Positions 28,085 to 37,133 of a stretch of 54,119 nucleotides of DNA are shown here, piece after piece. The stretch's first letter is position 1; every line of letters starts with the position of its first letter. Source of the DNA: an uncultured Pseudomonadota bacterium (GTDB taxonomy: Bacteria > Pseudomonadota > Alphaproteobacteria > RF32 > CAG-239); the NCBI GenBank assembly GCA_949290295.1, contig CASERH010000014.1, forward strand, positions 1 through 54,119, in the 5' to 3' direction. The notes under the pieces are model-generated. The model was not told where the DNA came from, searched no databases, and worked only from the letters and a program-made list of their open reading frames with translations. The translations under genes were made by a program, and so were the position numbers.

Positions 28085-28873
28085 TTATATCTCTACTTTC
28101 AAATTATCATACGCCGGAATAACGTTCTCCGGTGAGGCGGCCATTAGTGCATCATAATCGCACTCGCTGGCCATATGGTTTATGATAACCCGTTCGGGGT
28201 TAATTTTTTCTATATAACTTAAAACCTCTTGCCAGCCGGCGTGGTATTTTTGCCCAAACGGTGTGGTCAGCGGCATGACTAACAATTTAACCTTATGCTC
28301 TGTTAAATGCTTCAAAGCCGAAGGTGCCAATCTCTTAAAATCTGCAATATGCGCCACCTCTCCGTCATTGAACAAATAGCCATTTGAGGGCACATTGTGG
28401 CCGCACAACTTTAAGGGGATTATCTTTACCCCTTTGACATAAAAATCATGATTGCATTTTATCTTATGCGCCACTAATGAAGGTGAGCGTATCACATCTT
28501 TAATCTCTTTTGGATTGGTTATCAGGTACCCAAACCTTGCTTTTATCCCTTTCAACACCACATCCGTGGCATAAAAATCCAAGTTGCAGGCATTAATCCT
28601 GTTTATCTCCCTCAAATCATCTATCCCGTGCAGGTGGTCTGCGTGCGTATGCGTATATAATACTGCATCCAGTCTTCTTATCTGATTATCTAATAACTGC
28701 AAACGTAAATCCGGCGAGGTGTCTACCAATATCTCCACCCCTTTGAAATTGTAATAAGTGCTGGTTCTTTTGCGAATGTTCAGCGGATTGTTCGGATCAC
28801 AAAAGCCCCAGCCGCTACTCAATGATGGCACGCCGGGAGCTGCTCCTGCGCCTAAAAATATGGCATAACTCAT
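28085..28873 (-). CDS. MBL-fold metallo-hydrolase (PhnP-like)
   Basis: LVDTSPDLRLQLL, THTHADHLHGIDD and PAYD. Confidence 0.92.
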   Translation of the reverse strand: MSYAIFLGAGAAPGVPSLSSGWGFCDPNNPLNIRKRTSTYYNFKGVEILVDTSPDLRLQLLDNQIRRLDAVLYTHTHADHLHGIDDLREINRINACNLDFYATDVVLKGIKARFGYLITNPKEIKDVIRSPSLVAHKIKCNHDFYVKGVKIIPLKLCGHNVPSNGYLFNDGEVAHIADFKRLAPSALKHLTEHKVKLLVMPLTTPFGQKYHAGWQEVLSYIEKINPERVIINHMASECDYDALMAASPENVIPAYDNLKVEI

Positions 28874-29667
28874 TTATAGTTCCTCCGCCCCTTGTCACTG
28901 GCTTTGCGGAACAAATTGCAGAAGTTATCTGATGTTATCTGAGCAATCTTTTCAAACGGCAAATCTCTTATTTGCGCTAGCTTCTCTGCCGTAAATCTTA
29001 CAAAAGACGGCTCATTGCGGTGCCCTCGCTCTGGAACCGGCGCTAAAAACGGCGAATCGGTTTCAACCAACAATCTCTCCAAAGGAACTTTGGCAAAAAT
29101 ATCTCGCAACTCTCCACACTTGTTAAAAGTTATCATCCCAGAGGCCGAAAGATAAAAGCCTATCGACAAGGCGAAGTCTGCAAATTTCTCTGAGGAGCTG
29201 AAACAATGTATCATCCCCGAAAACGGTTTTTCTTTATAAGCTTTGCCCAGAATATCCGCCATATCATCATCCGAATCTCGATTATGGATAATCAATGGCA
29301 GTCCTGTTTCTTGCGCTGCTCTGATATGCTCTTTTAGTAATTTTATCTGCAAATCCTTTGGCGCGTAGTCATAATAGTAATCAAGCCCTGTCTCTCCAAT
29401 GCCAATCACTTTCTTATGATTGGTCTTGGCAATGATATCTTCTGCTTTGAGCTCCGGATATTCTCCAGCATTGTGTGGATGCACACCTACTGCCGCATAG
29501 ATAAACGGATACTTCTCTGACAGGGCCAGTTGATTTTCCAACTCGTCTAAGTTGTTGCCGGCATTTAGTATCATGTTTACGCCGCATTCTCTTGCCCGCT
29601 CAATAATCTCTGCGGTATCGTCCTCAAAATCATCAAAATCCAAATGACAGTGACTGTCTACTAACAT
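28870..29667 (-). CDS. tatD: TatD family hydrolase
   Basis: DSHCHL, GVHPH, GETGLDY, IHNRD, HCFS and ETDSPFLAP. Confidence 0.95.
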   Translation of the reverse strand: MLVDSHCHLDFDDFEDDTAEIIERARECGVNMILNAGNNLDELENQLALSEKYPFIYAAVGVHPHNAGEYPELKAEDIIAKTNHKKVIGIGETGLDYYYDYAPKDLQIKLLKEHIRAAQETGLPLIIHNRDSDDDMADILGKAYKEKPFSGMIHCFSSSEKFADFALSIGFYLSASGMITFNKCGELRDIFAKVPLERLLVETDSPFLAPVPERGHRNEPSFVRFTAEKLAQIRDLPFEKIAQITSDNFCNLFRKASDKGRRNYK

Positions 29668-29676
29668 ATTTTCCTC

Positions 29677-30732
29677 TTATACTTGTTTGCAGATATTGGC
29701 CATTGTGTTTATTAAAGCTTGTTTTTTATCTAAATTCAAGCTCTCAACCTCAGAAAAAGTCTTGATTGTCTTGCTCCAGCAATCTGCCGTCTCGATTACC
29801 TTGTCGGTGCTTTTGGCGTGCTCGCTCAAAAACTTCAAAATCAGCTCCTGAGCTAAGTCATAGTTTTCTTCCGAAGATGCCGCATCATTGCAAAAATCTA
29901 AGATATCCGCAATCTTAAAATTTTTGCCGGCAGATACAAGCGCGCAAAGGTCATCATATTTTTCAGCAGCACCGTTATCTGCATAACTCAATGCTTTTCC
30001 AATGCTGCCAGATGAAATGGCGGCAATTTTTTTTACCTCTTTTTCAGATATTTCCGGCCGATAACGTCTGAGCAGGCTCGAAACAATCGTGTCTTTCAGC
30101 GGTTTTAGTTCCAGCTTGGAACAACGCGAGCGAATGGTTGGCAGCAGGCGATTCGGATTGTGGCTGATTAGAAGCATTAGTGTCTTGTATGGTGGCTCTT
30201 CCAATATCTTCAGCACTGCGTTGGCCGCAGATGAATTCATATCATCAACGCTGTCTATCAGTACCACCCGCCAGCCATCTCCCGATGAGCGGTGTGATAA
30301 AAACTCGTTTATGGTACGAACATCGTCTACCCTTATGAAGGCTGATTTCTTGAGCTCTTTTAGCTCATCAGGGCTTAGTTGCGCACCGTCTTTTATGGCT
30401 TTTAATATCTTTTTGCGGTCTGTATCCGTGTAGTCCCTTTGCAAAACCTTAAAATCAGGATGGGCGTTACTTGCTATCAGTTTATATATGTGAGAATCGG
30501 GAAAAACCTCAAGACTGGTGTATTTGTCCCTCTCTTTTTCATCTGCGCTTAAAATAAATCTGGCCAGCCTATATGCCAGTGTGGCTTTGCCAATCCCTTT
30601 TATTCCCGTTATCAGCCAAGAACTATGCAAAGAATTATTTTGCCAACAGTGCAGGAATAGTTGCTCGGCCTCCTCATGGCCTGCCAAATAAGTATTAAAC
30701 TGCGGCTCAAACGATGCTAACTCCTGCGGCAT
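29677..30732 (-). CDS. holB: DNA polymerase III delta-prime subunit
   Basis: GIKGIGKATLA, ANAVLKILEEPP and LLPTIRSRC; follows tmk. Confidence 0.94.
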   Translation of the reverse strand: MPQELASFEPQFNTYLAGHEEAEQLFLHCWQNNSLHSSWLITGIKGIGKATLAYRLARFILSADEKERDKYTSLEVFPDSHIYKLIASNAHPDFKVLQRDYTDTDRKKILKAIKDGAQLSPDELKELKKSAFIRVDDVRTINEFLSHRSSGDGWRVVLIDSVDDMNSSAANAVLKILEEPPYKTLMLLISHNPNRLLPTIRSRCSKLELKPLKDTIVSSLLRRYRPEISEKEVKKIAAISSGSIGKALSYADNGAAEKYDDLCALVSAGKNFKIADILDFCNDAASSEENYDLAQELILKFLSEHAKSTDKVIETADCWSKTIKTFSEVESLNLDKKQALINTMANICKQV

Positions 30733-30735
30733 ATG

Positions 30736-31383
30736 TTACAAACCTAACCTTTCTTTCACAACACTCACGATATCTTGGTGCAATGCCTCTATGCTCTTAT
30801 TAGCATCCAAGACGACGCAACGCTTTGGCTCTCTGGCTGCTATATCCAAATATCCTTGCCTTAAGCGCTCATGAAAACTAATGTCTATCCCCTCAAATCT
30901 GATTTCTTTGACATCTTCACCTTCTGCCTTGCGCAAAGAACGCTCAATACCTACTTTGGGGTCTATATCTAAAATAAGGGTCAAATCAGGTTTGAACGAA
31001 CCTACCGCTATTTTATATAGCTCCTCTAAGGTGTTTCTTGATACTTTGTTTTGGTAGCCATAGCACTGATAAGCAAAGGTGGAATCGGCAAAGCGATCGC
31101 TTAAAACCCATTGGCCCTTTTCCATTGCCGGCCATATCTTCTTAACCAAATGAATGTGGCGGTCGGCAAAAAATAACAAAGCCTCAGCTACGGCATCTAA
31201 TTTATCTTGCTCTCCGGTGACAAGAAGGCGCCTTATCTCCTGGCCTAAAGCTGTGCCACCCGGCTCTTTGGTGGTTACAACATCAACACCTTTCTCTTGT
31301 AAATATTCCGCCAAGAGCTTTATTTGGGTAGATTTACCCGTACCCTCACCGCCTTCGAGTGTGATAAACTTGCCTTGCATCAA
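30736..31383 (-). CDS. tmk: Thymidylate kinase
   Basis: FITLEGGEGTGKSTQ, EPGGT, SDRFADST and PDLT. Confidence 0.97.
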   Translation of the reverse strand: MMQGKFITLEGGEGTGKSTQIKLLAEYLQEKGVDVVTTKEPGGTALGQEIRRLLVTGEQDKLDAVAEALLFFADRHIHLVKKIWPAMEKGQWVLSDRFADSTFAYQCYGYQNKVSRNTLEELYKIAVGSFKPDLTLILDIDPKVGIERSLRKAEGEDVKEIRFEGIDISFHERLRQGYLDIAAREPKRCVVLDANKSIEALHQDIVSVVKERLGL

Positions 31384-32549
31384 TCATTCCCTAATAGCAA
31401 ATAGCTTAAGTTCTTGCGAATACGGCCCCACAAGCCAACCTCAGCAACATCTGCGGCCGCCACCAATGGAACCTCCAAAGTATCTTGCCCCGGCAGCTCT
31501 ACTTTAACAACACCAAGTTGTTGTCCGGCTTTTACCGGTGCTTTAACCGGTTTATCATAAGAGGCAATCAATTTTACTTCATCTGATTTGCTCTTCTTTA
31601 ACGTGCGGACGACATCCTCAGACACCACCATCGGAACATCTTTGCTGGCACCATACCAAACCGGAATATCTGCCACCTTGGCACCTTTTTTCAAGATGGT
31701 ATAATTATCAAACTCTCTAAAACCCCAGCTCATTATCTTGTTGGCTTCTTCTGAGCGCTCTTTCATGGAGCTAAGCCCGGTCATAACGCTGATGAGGCGT
31801 CTGTCGCCTTTCTTGGCTGAAGCGGTTAAACAGAATCCAGCTTCTTCGGTATGACCGGTTTTCAAACCATCGGCATAAGGCATGTTGTACAACAGCGGAT
31901 TCCTATTGCCTTGGCGAATGTTGTTGTAAACAAATTCTTTTTGTGAAAACAGGTGATAATATTGCGGAAACTCTGAAATAATCCGGCGAGATAATTTAGC
32001 CAAATCCTCCACCGACATCCGATGATCCGGGTGCGGCAAACCCGTTGCGTTTACAAAATGTGAATTGTTTAGTCCAATCTCTTTGGCCTTTTTGTTCATC
32101 ATATCTGCAAAATCTTCCTCAGTGCCGGCCAAATTTTCTGCTGCAACAATGCAAGCATCGTTACCGGATTGAATAATGATGCCCTTGAGCAAGTCTTCTA
32201 CCCTAACCTTGCTGCCCAAAGCCAAAAACATGGTGGAACCACCACTGGCTGCTCCGCCTTTACGCCACGCATTCTCACTTACTGTAAATGTGTCATCTAA
32301 CGATAAGCTGCCATCTCCCAGTTTGCTGAACAGAATATAAATCGTCATCAGCTTGCTCATAGAGGCAGGCGGGATCATCTTCTCGGCATCTTTGGTGTAT
32401 AGATATTGTCCGGTATCGTAGTCCATTAAAATCATATTGCGGGCCTTGGTTTCTATTGCTCCGGCAACGGAAACCGTGCTCAAAAAGCCGCCTATTAATG
32501 CTACGGAAAAAAGTAACTTAGATTTTAACATCATTTTTGCCTCTACCAA
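31380..32549 (-). CDS. dacA: D-alanyl-D-alanine carboxypeptidase (PBP5/6)
   Basis: PASMSK, SGNDA and GLKTGHT. Confidence 0.93.
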   Translation of the reverse strand: MVEAKMMLKSKLLFSVALIGGFLSTVSVAGAIETKARNMILMDYDTGQYLYTKDAEKMIPPASMSKLMTIYILFSKLGDGSLSLDDTFTVSENAWRKGGAASGGSTMFLALGSKVRVEDLLKGIIIQSGNDACIVAAENLAGTEEDFADMMNKKAKEIGLNNSHFVNATGLPHPDHRMSVEDLAKLSRRIISEFPQYYHLFSQKEFVYNNIRQGNRNPLLYNMPYADGLKTGHTEEAGFCLTASAKKGDRRLISVMTGLSSMKERSEEANKIMSWGFREFDNYTILKKGAKVADIPVWYGASKDVPMVVSEDVVRTLKKSKSDEVKLIASYDKPVKAPVKAGQQLGVVKVELPGQDTLEVPLVAAADVAEVGLWGRIRKNLSYLLLGND

Positions 32550-32552
32550 ATT

Positions 32553-33437
32553 TTAGTCTTGCATAATTCTGGCATTGTATATGCCGAAATTTTTTACTTT
32601 GGCCAACATGACTTCTGCCTCTTGCTTGTGGCTGTACGGGCCTAAGCGAACGCGATAAAACTTCTGTCCGTTGACTGTTACGTAGTAAATATTTGTTTCT
32701 CCAAACTGATCCAACTGCTTGCTCAGATTTTGCGCGGCACTTTCTTTGGAATAAGCACCGGCCTGTACAAACCAGCTACCCTTGGGATAAGCTCTCACCG
32801 CCTGAGGATTGGCATATTCCGCTCCAACTAACTGCAAGGGTTTCAGGTCTTTTAATGAACTATTGGCTGCAGACCTGGCTGGAATCGTCACTTTGTCTTC
32901 ACCATCTTCAACCGGCTGCCCCAGCAATGCTGCTTTTAGGGCTTTGCTCTCTTTTTCCATAATCTCGACCCTAACTTTGGCTGTTCCTTGGGTTTGAAAT
33001 CCCAGCAATTGGGCACCACGCTTGGAAATATCTATAATCCTATTTTTTGCATAGGGACCTCGATCATTAACCCGCAGAACAAGTGAGCGTCCATTTTCAA
33101 GATTCGTCACTTTTACGATACTTGGTAGAGGCAAAGTTCTATGTGCTGCCGTTAAAGCGTGCATATCATAGTTTTCACCATTGGCGGTTTTGCGTGCGTG
33201 GAAGTCCTCCCCATACCAAGAGGCAGTGCCCACCTCTGAGTAATCATAGTCTTCTTTGGGATAATACCACTGTCCCATTATCTTATATGGAGAGCCTACC
33301 TTGTAGGTACCGCCCTGGCCTTTAATGGCCTCAGCCTGGGTGTGGTTATTGCCGCTTATCCGCCCATAGGTGCAGGCATTAAGCATGGCTGCCGCGCAGA
33401 CAAGCATAACGGTCAAAAAGTTAGGTTTGTTCGTCAT
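32553..33437 (-). CDS. rlpA: Septal ring lytic transglycosylase RlpA with SPOR domain
   Basis: Lipobox LNAC, ASWYG, TAAHRTLP, VNDRGP and SPOR-like VQAGAY/YRVRLGP. Confidence 0.95.
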   Translation of the reverse strand: MTNKPNFLTVMLVCAAAMLNACTYGRISGNNHTQAEAIKGQGGTYKVGSPYKIMGQWYYPKEDYDYSEVGTASWYGEDFHARKTANGENYDMHALTAAHRTLPLPSIVKVTNLENGRSLVLRVNDRGPYAKNRIIDISKRGAQLLGFQTQGTAKVRVEIMEKESKALKAALLGQPVEDGEDKVTIPARSAANSSLKDLKPLQLVGAEYANPQAVRAYPKGSWFVQAGAYSKESAAQNLSKQLDQFGETNIYYVTVNGQKFYRVRLGPYSHKQEAEVMLAKVKNFGIYNARIMQD

Positions 33438-33503
33438 TTTTACTTTCTCATCGTTTCCTAATTGCCAGATAATTTATACTGTTTTTCCAGCTTCGTAAAG
33501 AGC

Positions 33504-34778
33504 TTAATTCCCCTTGTGTAATTTTCTTTCCGGTACTGGGACTGAAAAGCCTATCTCCGGGTTGTAGTTTTTGATCTTTTGCAAGAGTTGATAATCCGGA
33601 TAGCCATCGGCCGGGAGTCTTGCCGCTTTTTGAACTTTTTTTACCGCCTCTTTGGTCTGGCTGCCAAGTTGCCCGTCTTCCTCCAACTTACCCCAGCCAA
33701 GTTTATTGATAAATGATTGGATGGTTAAGACATCATCTGTTTTCAGTCTGGTGGCGGGGTTGGCAACAAGTGGTTTCCAGCTCTTGCCAGAGGCTATATA
33801 ATCTGCCAAGATTCCTACCGCCAATGCGTAGTTTTCTGAACGATTCCATTGCATAATCTTGTGGAAATTATTCAAAACCAAATAAGCAGGGCCTTTTTTG
33901 CCCTCCGGTGTTATGATTGCACCTTTTACATCATCTGCCAGCTTAATAGCCTTCTTGTCTTTGGTCTTTACCCCCAGTTTTTTCCATTCCTTTATGCTCT
34001 TATTCTTATTTCTGCCGCTTTGAGAAAAATCAAAATTCCAAGGCAGGCTCACTTCCATTCCCCAGGGCTCATTTTCTTTCCAGCCGATGGATGACAAATA
34101 ATTTGCCGCTGAAGCCGATGCATCTTCAAAAGAACGCCAAATATCTATTGCCCCATCTTGGTTAAAATCTACCGCATAGGCGTTAAATGTTGAGGGCATA
34201 AACTGAAAATGCCCCATGGCGCCGGCCCAGGAGCCCTGCATCTTGGTGTAATCTATCTGCCAGGTGTCTATAATTTTCAAGGCCTCATAAAGTTGGTTGC
34301 GGAAAAATGTGGGGCGTCTTTTATCGTAGCTCAAAGTTGTTAAGGCATCTATGGTATTGTAGCCGCCAAAATTGCTTCCGTAGTTGGTTTCTACCCCCCA
34401 AAAGGCTACCAGATAATTCCCCTGCACGCCATATTCTTTTTCCAGCTTGTCCATTAGCGGTTTTAGCTCTTGGTAGCGGCGTTGCCCTTCGGCTACTCTT
34501 TTTTTGTTCACCAGGCGATTTACATATTCCGTGCTGGTCAGGACAAATTCTGCCTGATGGCGGTCTTTTTTGACAACCTCCGGCTCAGGGTGATAAAAAT
34601 CCTGCGCGTAGACGGTGTCCAGTGTTTTTTTTGAGATGCCTCTTTTGGCCATATCTGCTTTGAGCTCGTCCAGCCAGCTCAAGTACTCCGGCGGCGCAAA
34701 AGACGTGACATTTGCACAAGCTGCCGTTGCTATACTCAATGCTATGGCCAGCATGCTTATTTGGCGGTGAAAACTCAT
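33504..34778 (-). CDS. Lytic murein transglycosylase (MltB/SLT_2) with peptidoglycan-binding domain
   Basis: WGVETNYG, GSWAGAMGHFQFMPS and WNRSENYALAV. Confidence 0.93.
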   Translation of the reverse strand: MSFHRQISMLAIALSIATAACANVTSFAPPEYLSWLDELKADMAKRGISKKTLDTVYAQDFYHPEPEVVKKDRHQAEFVLTSTEYVNRLVNKKRVAEGQRRYQELKPLMDKLEKEYGVQGNYLVAFWGVETNYGSNFGGYNTIDALTTLSYDKRRPTFFRNQLYEALKIIDTWQIDYTKMQGSWAGAMGHFQFMPSTFNAYAVDFNQDGAIDIWRSFEDASASAANYLSSIGWKENEPWGMEVSLPWNFDFSQSGRNKNKSIKEWKKLGVKTKDKKAIKLADDVKGAIITPEGKKGPAYLVLNNFHKIMQWNRSENYALAVGILADYIASGKSWKPLVANPATRLKTDDVLTIQSFINKLGWGKLEEDGQLGSQTKEAVKKVQKAARLPADGYPDYQLLQKIKNYNPEIGFSVPVPERKLHKGN

Positions 34779-34850
34779 TTTGTTTCTTTCTATATTTTCC
34801 TACTTTTTTTATTTTTACATCTAACTTGTAAATAAATATTAAAAAAACGC

Positions 34851-34879
34851 TTGACGAAAAATAAACTTTAAGCTAAAAC
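34851..34879 (+). promoter_or_regulatory. Sigma70 promoter of tRNA-Ser
   Basis: TTGACG-N17-TAAAAC. Confidence 0.65.
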
Positions 34880-34905
34880 CTGCCCATAAACCGCTTTTAT
34901 CTCAC

Positions 34906-34995
34906 GGAGAGGTGGCAGAGCGGTTTAATGCAGCGGTCTTGAAAACCGTCGTGGGCGCGAGCCCACCGTGAGTTCGAATCTCACCCTCTCCGCCA
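34906..34995 (+). tRNA. tRNA-Ser(TGA)
   Basis: 90 nt with long variable arm; anticodon loop CTTGAAA; GTTCGAATC T-loop; GCCA end. Confidence 0.96.
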
Positions 34996-35000
34996 ATACT

Positions 35001-35024
35001 AAGCCCCGCTTTTTAGCGGGGTTT
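35001..35024. terminator. Terminator after tRNA-Ser
   Basis: AAGCCCCGCT-TTTT-AGCGGGGTTT. Confidence 0.75.
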
Positions 35025-35424
35025 AATATCTTCCAGAAAACCAAGCCCTTTTTCCTCTATCATATAATGCTTTTACATTTCCACTTGAACCGGTGATCGC
35101 TGTAATATTTCTTTTCTTCTCAGGATTATTTTTGATAAACTCTTTATCATACTGCCTATATTTTTTTCTTTCTATTAAGACGCCACCTACTTGCCACTTG
35201 CTTAAGGGTACACTGTTCAGGTTGCTTTGAAACTTTTTATTGCGGCGAACTTCAGGTACTTCCCCACATATAACATCTCTTAACTCCTGCAATTTTTCGG
35301 CAGAGTTCACATCAAAGTCCTTAACCTTTGCATTTTCGCCCCGAGTTAAATCCGTAAACTCTTTTGTCTTTATAAATTCTTCAAAAGCTTTCCATTCCGG
35401 TGAATTTTTTGTATCTGATATCAT
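35023..35424 (-). CDS. Hypothetical basic protein (133 aa)
   Basis: Start at MISDTK behind AAGGGAG; the upstream ORF-track extension overlaps a terminator. Confidence 0.7.
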   Translation of the reverse strand: MISDTKNSPEWKAFEEFIKTKEFTDLTRGENAKVKDFDVNSAEKLQELRDVICGEVPEVRRNKKFQSNLNSVPLSKWQVGGVLIERKKYRQYDKEFIKNNPEKKRNITAITGSSGNVKALYDRGKRAWFSGRY

Positions 35425-35471
35425 CTTCTTGCTCCCTTTGGCATAATTGATGATACCATATAACAAGCCTC

Positions 35472-35486
35472 TTAACAATCTTTTAA
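35472..35486. promoter_or_regulatory. Candidate CtrA box (TTAA-N7-TTAA)
   Basis: TTAACAATCTTTTAA, 48 bp upstream of the ATG at 35424. Confidence 0.45.
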
Positions 35487-35491
35487 TGCCA

Positions 35492-35530
35492 CAAAAAAAG
35501 ACCCGCGGGCGCAAAAGCACCGGCAGGTCT
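35492..35530 (-). terminator. Intrinsic terminator after the CoaD-like gene
   Basis: Minus strand AGACCTGCCGGTGC-TTTT-GCGCCCGCGGGTCT followed by a T-run. Confidence 0.75.
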
Positions 35531-35537
35531 GAACTCA

Positions 35538-36653
35538 CTACTTTTCCTTTTTGGAAAGCTTTGCTACATTGGCTTTGGCCAGCTCCAGCTCATGAGGGGT
35601 AAGAACATCCGTGTTACTCTTCTCAAGGTAGGTGATGATGTCCTCTATATCCTCGTAGCTGCCCGGCGTCATTCCCTTCTCTGTCTGACGCAGATACAAA
35701 GAGTAGTTCTCCATATCCGTCAGCAGCAGAAGTTTGCAACGCTGCATCAGGCGGCCCTCTGCAGGCAGAAGCTCCGCTTTTCTGAATGTTTCGAAATCAA
35801 GGAACTTGATTAACTCAACATTCTCAAGCCTGGAAGCTATGCCTCTGGTCTGAAGCCATTTGACCGTCTCTTGCGGACACTTTTTGAAGCTGCAGAGGAA
35901 CATGGCTCTCTGCAAATCCTCAAATTTGCTATCCACACTCTTTTGAACAATCTCTATTTGCAGACGGTTCAGGAGGTAGGCGACCTGGCTAAAATTGCTC
36001 CAGGTTCGCTTTTGGTAGACTTTGCACAGAATCGCCCACAACTCGGCATCGCCACCGAACAGCACATCAAACTTCGGTTTGAGGTAGTGCGGCATCATCA
36101 TGTTGTGAACACCGGGCGTGACGTGGTGCAGAGCGGCAATATACTCTCCTCTCTTGCAGAGGTCTTTGGCCACGGTGGAAGACATGTGACTCACCTCATC
36201 ATTGGTGTGCATGAGATGATAGTTCTTCCCCGTGAGAGGATAGTTGCGGATACGGAACTGGAGAAGAATGCGGTCTTCCAACTCTTCCTCAATGTGGATA
36301 TCCGTATCATTGCGGACACCGCGAATCATGTCCGTGGCGCCACAGCGGATGGCCGTATCAACAACCTCGCCTTTGATGGCGACAACCTGTACAATCTCCG
36401 GATTTTGGCGGATACGTTCAATAATCTCGTTGCGGAACTGGACCGGACCGCATTTGAACTTGAGGCTGTCCTCAATGCTCTGGCATGCCATCTTGATCCG
36501 CTCTTCCTGCGAGAATTCACAGCCGACATCTTTGCCATTCTCGACGCCGACGATGATTCTATCAAACTCACGCAGCGTACGGATAAGAATGTTTAAATGC
36601 CCGCGGGTGAAGGGATCAAACAGCCCGCTGTAAAAAGCAACGCTTCCTTTCAT
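35538..36653 (-). CDS. CoaD-like (HxGH) nucleotidyltransferase with an approximately 180-aa C-terminal extension
   Basis: FYSGLFDPFTRGHLNI, FSQEERIKM, MIRGVRNDTD and HMSSTVAKDL match phosphopantetheine adenylyltransferase; 371 aa versus about 160 aa for typical CoaD. Confidence 0.8.
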   Translation of the reverse strand: MKGSVAFYSGLFDPFTRGHLNILIRTLREFDRIIVGVENGKDVGCEFSQEERIKMACQSIEDSLKFKCGPVQFRNEIIERIRQNPEIVQVVAIKGEVVDTAIRCGATDMIRGVRNDTDIHIEEELEDRILLQFRIRNYPLTGKNYHLMHTNDEVSHMSSTVAKDLCKRGEYIAALHHVTPGVHNMMMPHYLKPKFDVLFGGDAELWAILCKVYQKRTWSNFSQVAYLLNRLQIEIVQKSVDSKFEDLQRAMFLCSFKKCPQETVKWLQTRGIASRLENVELIKFLDFETFRKAELLPAEGRLMQRCKLLLLTDMENYSLYLRQTEKGMTPGSYEDIEDIITYLEKSNTDVLTPHELELAKANVAKLSKKEK

Positions 36654-36749
36654 ACAAAAATTTTTTAAAAATTAAACAATATGATACTTAAGGTGTTCTC
36701 AACATAAATTCGGGCTCTCTATTTGTCAATCTTTTATATTTTTTATTTG

Positions 36750-36778
36750 TTGACAAAATTTGCCAATAATGCTATAAA
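36750..36778 (+). promoter_or_regulatory. Strong sigma70 promoter with extended -10
   Basis: TTGACA-N17-TATAAA with TG at the extended position; a divergent TTGACA lies on the minus strand at 36729-36724. Confidence 0.75.
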
Positions 36779-36817
36779 TGACACATTCGAGTACAAATTA
36801 TTTAAAAACTAAATGCT

Positions 36818-37000
36818 ATGAAAAGACTTATCACAATTGCAGATGTAGTAGAATTCCTCAATAGAGTCGGAATTGATTTTGATAAAGAATCAATTCGCCC
36901 AGTAAAGCTGCCGCGTTCTAAAGAACTTTTCTGGCAATTTCATGGAATCTTTCGAAGCTATATCATCACTGAACGAGGTGAGTTAGTTTCTGCCATCTAA
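36818..37000 (+). CDS. Small hypothetical protein (60 aa)
   Basis: The ORF fills the space between a consensus promoter and an intrinsic terminator. Confidence 0.7.
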   Translation: MKRLITIADVVEFLNRVGIDFDKESIRPVKLPRSKELFWQFHGIFRSYIITERGELVSAI

Positions 37001-37014
37001 GAGTGTAACCTCAT

Positions 37015-37054
37015 GCCCCCGCTAAACTTGTTTTAGCCGGGGCTTTTCTTTTTT
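37015..37054 (+). terminator. Intrinsic terminator
   Basis: GCCCCCGCTAAA...TTTAGCCGGGGC followed by TTTTCTTTTTT. Confidence 0.8.
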
Positions 37055-37133
37055 AGATATCAAATTCTTTTTTCTTGTCTTTGGCTCTAAAAAATGTTTT
37101 GATGTTTAGGTAACAAAAAAAAGGACTTGGACG

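Noticed and set aside
35871-36596. 241-aa + strand ORF
   Set aside because: Antisense shadow of the GC-richer CoaD-like gene; no recognisable motifs.
34996-37054. Prophage or integrative element at tRNA-Ser
   Set aside because: No integrase and no second copy of the tRNA 3' end was seen; treated only as an accessory islet.
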